Assembly: GCA_038214375.1 (NCBI GenBank)
Contig: JBBQRX010000011.1
Span: forward strand, 5,810-69,809
DNA: 64,000 nucleotides
Source: Candidatus Limnocylindrales bacterium
GTDB taxonomy: Bacteria; Chloroflexota; Limnocylindria; Limnocylindrales; CSP1-4
Reading direction: 5' to 3'
Below are positions 16,290 through 25,947 of this stretch, piece by piece. Below the pieces are notes generated by a model that was given only the letters and a program-made list of their open reading frames with translations, had not been told where the DNA came from and searched no databases. Numbering within the stretch: position 1 is the first letter of the stretch; the number at the start of each line of letters is the position of its first letter. A program made the position numbers and the translations under genes.

Positions 16290-18509
16290 GTGGCACGACG
16301 CGTAGAGCCGCGGGTCAGCGGCCCGGCTCGAACCTTTCCCGCCCGGCCTCGCCCGATCGTGAAGGCGACGGACCTCGGGTCCGCCCAGGTCCTCAAGCAC
16401 CTGGACATGTTCCTCGTCTCCGACGCATTCGGTGACATCCACCCGGACTCGCGCGGCATGGGACTCTACGACGGCGACACCCGGGTCGTGTCGTGCAGCG
16501 TGCTCCGGATCGCCGGCGAGCGCCCGGTCCTCCTCCGGTCCGACCCGGGCGGGAGCTGGCGGGGCGTCACGCAAGCCACGAACCCCGAGTTCCTCAAGGA
16601 CCCGGGCGACAAGATGGGCGCCGAGGAACGCGTGCTGCGCCAGACCGTGTCGATTGCGCGCGAACGGACGATCGCGGAGGCCTACCAGGAGCGCCTCGTC
16701 ATCGAGAATCATGGGCCGATCACGTTCGCCTGCGACGTCGAGCTCGAGCTCGACGTCGACTTCGCCGACATCTTCGAGGTTCGGGGTTATGCCCGGCCCG
16801 GTCGCGGCAGGCTGCTGCCGATCGAGACGACGGCCGACGGCGGGCTCGACTTCGGGTACGTCGGGCTCGACGGCGTCACCGTGCGGACGCACCTCGCGTT
16901 CGATCCCGCGCCGACGCTGGCTCCCGCGCGGGAGGAGCAGGCTGGCTCGGTCGTCGCACGCTGGACGAGTCCGCTCCGCCCTGGCGAGCGGCGCCAGATC
17001 GCCTGGACGGTGGAGGCGTCGCGCACGCCGGCGCAGCGGGTCCCCGGGCGGGATCCGGACACGCTCGATCCCGCGCGCGCCCACGCCCGCTGGCTGAGCG
17101 ACAGCTCGGTCATCGAGACCGACCACGAGCTGGTCAACGAGGTCATCGGCCGCTCGCTGGACGACCTCTGCCTGCTCCAGTCGACCGACCCGCTCGGCGA
17201 TCGCTTCATCGCGGCGGGGGTCCCCTGGTTCACGACGCTCTTCGGACGCGACGCGCTGATCACGGCGCTGCAGACCGTCGCATTCGTACCGCAGCTGGCC
17301 ACCCAGTCCCTCGAGATCCTCGCCAGGCGGCAGGCCACCGCCGTCGACGAGTGGCGCGACGCCGAACCGGGCAAGATCCTCCACGAGTTCCGGACCGGTG
17401 AGATGAGCCGGACCGGCGAGCTCCCCTTCGCGCCCTATTTCGGCTCCATCGATTCGACGCCGCTCTGGCTCATCCTGCTCGGCGAGACGCACGACTGGAC
17501 CGGAGACGACGGCCTCGTCGATCGGCTCTGGCCGAACGCCCTCGCGGCGCTCGAGTGGATCGATCGATGGGGCGACCGCGACGGCGACGGCTTCGTGGAG
17601 TACGAGCGGCGGGCGGAGACCGGCCTTCGAAACCAGGGCTGGAAGGATTCGAGCGACGCGATCCGCTGGCTCGACGGTACCCTGGCCGAGACGCCGATCG
17701 CCCTGGCGGAAGTCCAGGGTTACGTCTTCGATGCGAAGAAGCGGATCGCCCGGCTCGCCCGGCGGCGCGGCGAGGCCTCCCTCGCCGACCGGCTCGAGAA
17801 CGAGGCATCCGTGCTCCAGCGCCGGTTCGCCGAGCGGTTCCGGCTCCCCGATGGGTCGATCGCGATGGCCCTCGACGGGGCGAAGCGGGCGGTCGATTCG
17901 GTCGGCTCCAACGCGGGGCAGACCCTGTGGAGCGGGATCGTCAGGGCCGAGGACGCGACGGCCGCCGCCGCCGCGCTCGGCTCCAGCGCGATGGTCTCCG
18001 GGTGGGGACTGCGCACCTTCGCGGCGGACCAGCCGGGATACAACCCGATCGGCTACCACACGGGGAGCGTCTGGCCGCACGACACCGCGATCGCGGCCGC
18101 GGGCCTGCGCCGGTATGGCTTCGACGACGCCGCCGACGCCCTGTCGAGTGGCCTCCTCGCGGCCGCGCAGCACTTCCCGGCCTATCGGCTCCCGGAGCTC
18201 TTCTGTGGCTTCGACCGGGCGTCGACCGGCGCCCCGATCCCGTACCCCGTGGCGTGCTCGCCCCAGGCATGGGCCGCGGGTGCCCCTCTCATGCTCGTCC
18301 GCACGATGCTGGGCCTGCAGGCGGACGCCGCGAATCGGCGCCTGACGCTCGACCGCCCCATCCTGCCCGCCGGCCTGACCAAGGTGGTCGTCCGCGGCCT
18401 CCGGGTGGGCGACGCCTCGTGCGATCTCCTGCTGCATCGATGGCGCGGCCTGACCAGCGCCGAGGTCCTGCGAAAGGACGCGCGGCTCGAGGTGGTGGTG
18501 CGGCTTTGA
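16290..18509 (+). CDS. amylo-alpha-1,6-glucosidase / glycogen-debranching-enzyme-like protein (GDE_N_bis + GDE_C type)
   Basis: 739 aa with LKHLDMFLVSDAFGDI, GVPWFTTLFGRDALI, GKILHEFRTGEM, GWKDSSDA and YHTGSVWPHDTA, typical of bacterial/archaeal GDE-like (alpha/alpha)6 enzymes. Confidence 0.85.
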   Translation: MARRVEPRVSGPARTFPARPRPIVKATDLGSAQVLKHLDMFLVSDAFGDIHPDSRGMGLYDGDTRVVSCSVLRIAGERPVLLRSDPGGSWRGVTQATNPEFLKDPGDKMGAEERVLRQTVSIARERTIAEAYQERLVIENHGPITFACDVELELDVDFADIFEVRGYARPGRGRLLPIETTADGGLDFGYVGLDGVTVRTHLAFDPAPTLAPAREEQAGSVVARWTSPLRPGERRQIAWTVEASRTPAQRVPGRDPDTLDPARAHARWLSDSSVIETDHELVNEVIGRSLDDLCLLQSTDPLGDRFIAAGVPWFTTLFGRDALITALQTVAFVPQLATQSLEILARRQATAVDEWRDAEPGKILHEFRTGEMSRTGELPFAPYFGSIDSTPLWLILLGETHDWTGDDGLVDRLWPNALAALEWIDRWGDRDGDGFVEYERRAETGLRNQGWKDSSDAIRWLDGTLAETPIALAEVQGYVFDAKKRIARLARRRGEASLADRLENEASVLQRRFAERFRLPDGSIAMALDGAKRAVDSVGSNAGQTLWSGIVRAEDATAAAAALGSSAMVSGWGLRTFAADQPGYNPIGYHTGSVWPHDTAIAAAGLRRYGFDDAADALSSGLLAAAQHFPAYRLPELFCGFDRASTGAPIPYPVACSPQAWAAGAPLMLVRTMLGLQADAANRRLTLDRPILPAGLTKVVVRGLRVGDASCDLLLHRWRGLTSAEVLRKDARLEVVVRL

Positions 18510-18596
18510 GCGCCGACCCGGCGCGGGTTCATCGGTACTGGGCGCTGTACGCACGGATGGTCGGTGCCTGACCACCGCGTGCCAGAGGAGGATCGC

Positions 18597-18824
18597 ATGG
18601 ACGTTGTCGAGTTCCGGCGCCTGACCGCTCGCGTCGTTGCGACGCGAAACGCGGAATCGCGCGCCTTCCTCCAGGCGTTCGACCTCGCCCCGGGCGCCCT
18701 CTCGGGATGGTCCGAGCGGACCTGCGCGAAGTGGCGGGCATGGAGCCGCGACAACGACGCGCTGCGCGGCGCTGCCGCCCAGCTCGAGGCCTTCCTCTGC
18801 GAGCAGGCACCCACGCGCTCGTAA
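18597..18824 (+). CDS. hypothetical 75-aa protein
   Basis: ATG 18597 preceded by AGAGGAGGA. Strong GC3 bias and a TAA stop. MDVVEFRRLTARVVATRNAESRAFLQAF.. No family recognised. Confidence 0.35.
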   Translation: MDVVEFRRLTARVVATRNAESRAFLQAFDLAPGALSGWSERTCAKWRAWSRDNDALRGAAAQLEAFLCEQAPTRS

Positions 18825-19056
18825 GGCCCGCGACGGGACCCGCGGGACGGGACGCAGCCCGGGTGGAGTCGGGCCACCCGGAGCGGTAGCGGGACGAGGC
18901 GGCTCTCCACCGGAGCCGGGCGGGATCCGCCGCACGCCCTTCGGTACCCCCATCTGGGTCAACCCGAATGGGTCGACCTTTCCGCGGGATGGGAGTCCGG
19001 GCCCGACGTCCCTAGGATCGGGTGACTGGACTCATCACGCGTGGAGGGAGACGACG

Positions 19057-20223
19057 ATGACAGCCCGGCGTTGGGGGATGGGCGCCGCGGCGCTCATGGC
19101 GCTCGCACTTGTTGGACTTGCGCTGTGGCCGGCCGTGGGCCTCGGGGCGGCAGGGCACCATGGATCCGAGATGACGGCGCTCGCCGCGCCCGCTCCGGGG
19201 GTCACTCGGACGTACTTCATCGCAGCCGACGAAGTGGAGTGGGATTACGCCCCAACAGGCATCAACCAGATCACGGGCCAGCCGTTCGAAGGTGACGCCC
19301 TCACCTTCGTCCAGAACGGGCCGGACCGGATCGGGAAGGTCTACCGGAAGGCCGTCTACCGCGAGTACACCGACGCGACGTTCAACCGGCTCAAGCCGCG
19401 AGCGGCCGCCGAGCAGCACCTCGGAATCCTTGGCCCGATCATCCGCGCCGTCGTCGGCGACACGATCAAGGTCGTGTTCCGGAACCAGACAGCGTTCCCG
19501 GCCTCGGTCCATCCCCACGGCGTGTTCTACGCCAAGGATTCGGAGGGCGCGCCCTACGCCGACGGGACGTCGGGATCTGACAAGGCGGACGATGCCGTCG
19601 CCCCGCGCGGCCGTCACACCTATATCTGGCAGGTGCCGGAGCGGGCAGGCCCGGGCCCGATGGACGGCAGCTCGGTCCTCTGGATGTACCACTCGCACGT
19701 GGACGAGCCGGCGGACACGAACGCCGGCCTGATCGGCCCGATCATCATCACGAGGCGCGGCATGGCACGCGCCGACGGTTCGCCCACGGACGTCGACCGC
19801 GAGCTCGTGACGATGTTCACGGTCTTCGACGAGAACGCGAGCCTGTATCTCCAGCACAACATCGAGGCCTACGCCGGTGACCCGGCGAGCGTGAACCCGG
19901 ACGACGAGGGCTTCCATGAGAGCAACCTGATGCACTCCATGAACGGCTACGTCTTCGGGAACCTCCCCGGCCTCTCGACGACGCGAGGGCAGCGCGTGCG
20001 CTGGTACACGCTCGGCCAGGGCACGGAAGTCGACCTGCACACCCCGCACTGGCACGGCAACACCGTGACCATCAACGGGATGCGCACGGACGTCGCCGAG
20101 CTCCTCCCGATGAGCATGAAGGTCGCGGACATGGTGCCCGATGACGCCGGCACGTGGCTCTTTCACTGCCACGTCAACGACCACATCACGGCAGGCATGC
20201 TCGCGACGTTCACCGTCAACTGA
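19057..20223 (+). CDS. secreted two-domain multicopper oxidase, ceruloplasmin-like
   Basis: GGAGGGA SD. RR-containing signal MTARRWGMGAAALMALALVGL. Copper motifs VHPHGVFY, WMYHSHVDE, HTPHWHGN and HCHVNDHITAGM. Confidence 0.9.
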   Translation: MTARRWGMGAAALMALALVGLALWPAVGLGAAGHHGSEMTALAAPAPGVTRTYFIAADEVEWDYAPTGINQITGQPFEGDALTFVQNGPDRIGKVYRKAVYREYTDATFNRLKPRAAAEQHLGILGPIIRAVVGDTIKVVFRNQTAFPASVHPHGVFYAKDSEGAPYADGTSGSDKADDAVAPRGRHTYIWQVPERAGPGPMDGSSVLWMYHSHVDEPADTNAGLIGPIIITRRGMARADGSPTDVDRELVTMFTVFDENASLYLQHNIEAYAGDPASVNPDDEGFHESNLMHSMNGYVFGNLPGLSTTRGQRVRWYTLGQGTEVDLHTPHWHGNTVTINGMRTDVAELLPMSMKVADMVPDDAGTWLFHCHVNDHITAGMLATFTVN

Positions 20224-20234
20224 CCGGGGGTCGG

Positions 20235-20270
20235 ACGGGGGTGTCGGCGAGAGCCGACACCCCCGTTTCC
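20235..20270 (+). terminator. intrinsic terminator after the multicopper oxidase gene
   Basis: Perfect 14-bp stem ACGGGGGTGTCGGC / GCCGACACCCCCGT with loop GAGA, followed by TTTCC. Begins 12 nt after the stop codon. Confidence 0.7.
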
Positions 20271-20394
20271 GCGTCGGTCGCGGGCCGCGGCCGGATGCGC
20301 GGCCCAGCGTGGTCAGGGCGCCGCTGGCGGCTCGAGCAGCACCGGTCCGGTGGTCGGCCGGCTCCGGTTCGGCCGTCGGCCGTCGGCCGTCGCG

Positions 20395-20400
20395 TAGCAT
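20395..20400 (+). promoter_or_regulatory. -10 box TAGCAT 6 nt upstream of GTG 20407 (leaderless-type)
   Basis: cgcgTAGCATcacgccGTG. Preceded by (TCGGCCG)x3 at 20369-20389. Confidence 0.4.
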
Positions 20401-20406
20401 CACGCC

Positions 20407-21225
20407 GTGTCCGACGACCTCACGCTCCCGCTCGCGGCAGATCCCGATCCCGTCCTCGAGCTCGAGGACGTCGGCGTCCGGCGCGGGATCGCCTGGCTGC
20501 TCGCCGGGGCCTCGCTCCGCGTCCTTTCCGGCCAGCGCTGGGTCGTGGCCGGCCCGAACGGCGCCGGCAAGTCCACGCTCCTCGCAATCGCCGCGACGAC
20601 CCTCTTCCCGACGGTGGGGCGTGTCCGCGTGCTCGGCGCGGAGCTCGGCCGGGTTGACGCGCGGACCCTCCGCCCGCGCATCGGCCTGATCAGTGCCGCG
20701 CTCGGGGAGCGCTTCGAGCCGCGGCTCCGGGCACGCGAGGTCGTGGTCACCGCCCGGACCGGCGCGCTGGCTCCCTGGTGGGACACGTACACCGCGCGCG
20801 ACGAGGTCCGCGCCCTCGAGCTCCTGCGGCGGCTCGATATCGGTCACCTTGCCGAGCGGGCCTTCGGCACGCTCTCGACCGGAGAGCGCCAGCGGGTCCT
20901 GGTGGCGCGGACGCTGCTTCCGGACCCGGACCTGGTGCTCGCGGACGAGCCGGCGGCGGGACTCGACCTCCGGGCGCGCGAGGAGCTCGTGGACGCGCTG
21001 GCCGGGCTTGCGGCAGAGACGCGGCCGCTCGGCATCGTGCTCGTGACGCACCACCTGGAGGAGATCCCGCCCGGCTTCGGCCATGCGCTCGTGCTCGCCG
21101 GGGGGCGGGTCCTCGCCGCCGGGCCGATCGACGACGTGCTGGTGGATGCCACGCTCTCGAGCGCGTACGGGATCCCACTGCGGGTCGATGCCCGCGCGGG
21201 ACGCTGGACGGCGCGCCGCGCCTGA
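20407..21225 (+). CDS. orphan ABC-transporter ATP-binding protein (ModF/YlmA-like)
   Basis: Walker A GPNGAGKSTL, signature LSTGERQRVLVAR, Walker B LVLADEPAAGLD and H-loop VLVTHHLEE. No adjacent permease gene. Confidence 0.85.
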   Translation: MSDDLTLPLAADPDPVLELEDVGVRRGIAWLLAGASLRVLSGQRWVVAGPNGAGKSTLLAIAATTLFPTVGRVRVLGAELGRVDARTLRPRIGLISAALGERFEPRLRAREVVVTARTGALAPWWDTYTARDEVRALELLRRLDIGHLAERAFGTLSTGERQRVLVARTLLPDPDLVLADEPAAGLDLRAREELVDALAGLAAETRPLGIVLVTHHLEEIPPGFGHALVLAGGRVLAAGPIDDVLVDATLSSAYGIPLRVDARAGRWTARRA

Positions 21226-21253
21226 CGACGCGCCGAGCCGGACTCCCGGCAGG

Positions 21254-23926
<2,673 letters not shown>

Positions 23927-24065
23927 GGGTTCCTCGTTCGTGGCTCGGGCCGCGCGGGTGTCGCACGGGGCGCTACGCTGTCGCCGCCAAGAGTACCCCG
24001 CTTCGACGCAACCCCGCGTCGATGGTGACGAGTGACCGGCGCGTCTCCGCCGGCGAGGAGCCCAC

Positions 24066-25169
24066 GTGCGAGCCTGGAGCGACGCGACCCCGCCTCCCCC
24101 CGGGGACCCCGGGACGCTCGACGAGCTTCGGCGCGCCGCGGCAGCCGAAGCGGCCGGGTGGGAGGACGCGGCCGGGGAGGCGGACCCGACTGCCGGCACG
24201 CTCCCGATCGCCGGCCCATCCGTGCCACCCGGAGCGCACCGCCACGGCGACGTCGTGCATCTCGAGGGGCATGCGCACCCGCACGTGGAGGCACCGGCCG
24301 ACGGCCGCCCCGTGATCGGGATCGTGGGGGGCGGAATGGTCGGCCTGACCCTCGCGGCCGCGCTGGCCGCCGCCGGGTGGCAGGTCGGGGCCGTCGCGAG
24401 CCGCGACCCGGCACGCCGCGAGCGCCTGCGGCAGGCAGCCCCCGCCGCGCGGGCGTTCGCGGAACCCGCCGCGATCCTCGACGAGTGCCACCTCGCGCTC
24501 GTGGCCGTCCCGGACGACGCGATTGCGGAGGTCGTCGGGGGCATGCACCTCTACTCGGGCCAGGCGCTGGTCCACACCAGCGGCATCCACGGGATCGAGG
24601 TGCTCGAGGCGGCCCGTGCCGCCGGCACGTCGTGCGGATCCTTCCATCCGCTCGTCGCGTTCGCGGACGTGGAGCGTGCCCTCGCGGCACTGCGCGGCGC
24701 GACCGTGGCCATCGAAGGCGACGAGGGCCTCCTCGACGTGCTCGCCGAGATGGCGGAGTCACTCGGCGCGCTGCCCGTCCGGCTCCTGCCGGGCTCGAAG
24801 GCCGCCTACCATGCCGCCGCCGTGCTCGCGGCCGGCGGCCTCGTGGCGCTGCTCGACGTGATCGCGGAGGTTGCCGCGCGGGCCGGCCTCGACGAGGCCG
24901 GCACGCTGGCCGTCTACGGGCCGCTCGCCGCGCAGGCGCTCGGCAATGCCCGGGCGCTTGGAATCGGTCCTGCGCTCACGGGGCCCGCCGTTCGCGGGGA
25001 CGCCGGCACGATCGAGGCGCACCTCGCCGCCCTGGCGAGCGGGGCACCTGCGGCGGTCGAGACGTACCGTGCGCTCCTGCGTCGCCAGGTCGACATCGCC
25101 CAGGTCCGGCGCGGCCTCGCGCCGGAACCTGCGGCGCGCCTGCGCCTCGAACTTGCAGATCGCCGCTGA
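24066..25169 (+). CDS. Rossmann-fold NAD(P)-binding protein with DUF2520 C-terminal domain; start uncertain
   Basis: IGIVGGGMVGLTLAAAL (GxGxxG) and LTGPAVRGDAGTIEAHL. About 90 aa N-terminal extension including the His-rich HRHGDVVHLEGHAHPHVE. GTG 24066 is the first in-frame start. Confidence 0.7.
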   Translation: MRAWSDATPPPPGDPGTLDELRRAAAAEAAGWEDAAGEADPTAGTLPIAGPSVPPGAHRHGDVVHLEGHAHPHVEAPADGRPVIGIVGGGMVGLTLAAALAAAGWQVGAVASRDPARRERLRQAAPAARAFAEPAAILDECHLALVAVPDDAIAEVVGGMHLYSGQALVHTSGIHGIEVLEAARAAGTSCGSFHPLVAFADVERALAALRGATVAIEGDEGLLDVLAEMAESLGALPVRLLPGSKAAYHAAAVLAAGGLVALLDVIAEVAARAGLDEAGTLAVYGPLAAQALGNARALGIGPALTGPAVRGDAGTIEAHLAALASGAPAAVETYRALLRRQVDIAQVRRGLAPEPAARLRLELADRR

Positions 25170-25174
25170 GGCGC

Positions 25175-25180
25175 TACGAT
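25175..25180 (+). promoter_or_regulatory. -10-like TACGAT 6 nt upstream of an ATG (25187) at the head of the NUDIX-gcv region
   Basis: gcgcTACGATctgcacATG. Confidence 0.3.
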
Positions 25181-25437
25181 CTGCACATGCAGCGAAGCTT
25201 CGCCGCGAGGTTCGCGGTTCGCCCGGCGGCCAGGTTCCCGACGCCCCCGCCACGGCTCCGGGAGCGCCGCCTCGGCCTCCATCGACACGTCGGGTTCCAG
25301 GCTTCCACGGACCGCCCCACCATCGTCCGCCGGACGGATCTCGGGCCGGTCGTCCTGCTGCGCGCCGACTGGCGCGCCGTCACGCCCGTGCGGCCGCGCG
25401 GCGCGGCCGGGATCGCGGGGCCGCTGGTGGCAGTCCG

Positions 25438-25947
25438 ATGGGCAAAGCCCGAAGTCCGGAGCCCCGGTCGTCGCGTCCGAGCCGCGACGGCGCCGTGGCG
25501 CGGCTGAGGCGCGCGACCGCCACCTCGGCGGGCGGCATCGTCGTCCGCACCATCGCCGGCGTTCCGCATATCGTTGCCGGTCGGCGCCGTCGCGAACGCG
25601 ACGGGGGATCCTGGACGCTTCCGAAGGGGACTCCCAACCCGCTCGAGACGCTCGAGGAGACCGCGCTGCGCGAGGTCGCCGAGGAGACCGGGCTCGAGGT
25701 CCGCATCGTGGCGCCGATCGACCACATCGAGTACGTGTTCGTGCAGGGCGGCGCGAAGATCCACAAGACGGTCCACTACTGGCTCATGGCGGCGACCGGC
25801 GGTGACCTTGCCCTCCACGACCACGAGTTCGATGAGGTGCGCTGGGTCTCGCTTTCCGACGCGCCTGGCCTGCTTGCCTTCGAGACGGAGCGCGCGCTCG
25901 TGGAACGCGCGGCCGGGATGATCGCGGCGGACGAGGTCCGCGCATGA
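25438..25947 (+). CDS. NUDIX hydrolase
   Basis: Nudix box GTPNPLETLEETALREVAEETGLEV. ATG 25438 is the first plausible start. Stop overlaps the gcvT ATG (ATGA). Confidence 0.8.
   Translation: MGKARSPEPRSSRPSRDGAVARLRRATATSAGGIVVRTIAGVPHIVAGRRRRERDGGSWTLPKGTPNPLETLEETALREVAEETGLEVRIVAPIDHIEYVFVQGGAKIHKTVHYWLMAATGGDLALHDHEFDEVRWVSLSDAPGLLAFETERALVERAAGMIAADEVRA

Noticed and set aside
15999-18962. The N-terminal ~990 codons of the 1192-codon minus-strand ORF 15384..18962.
   Set aside because: Only the last 204 codons (from ATG 15998, with a GGAGGG SD) look like a real membrane protein. The rest is in codon register with, and antisense to, the glucosidase-like gene (16290-15384 = 906, a multiple of 3). 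It has typical shadow-ORF composition.
13131-21225. A tRNA-Val-linked genomic island. Non-core genes (DinB, lipoprotein, membrane proteins, GDE-like, multicopper oxidase, orphan ABC ATPase) start right after a tRNA gene.
   Set aside because: There is no integrase, recombinase or transposase, and I could not find a direct repeat of the tRNA 3' end downstream. Codon/GC character looks the same as the flanking core genes, and several genes use the same native-looking leaderless promoter motif.
25240-25330. A possible glycine riboswitch upstream of the gcv operon (CTCCGGGAGCG ... TCCAGGCTTCCACGGAC vaguely resembles GGAGAG ... CUCAGGCAAAAGGAC).
   Set aside because: The strongly conserved cores (ACCGAAGGGGCAA-type segment and the A-rich CAGGCAAAAGGAC) are absent or disrupted, and I could not draw the P1-P3 helices. 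A covariance-model scan is needed before any call.
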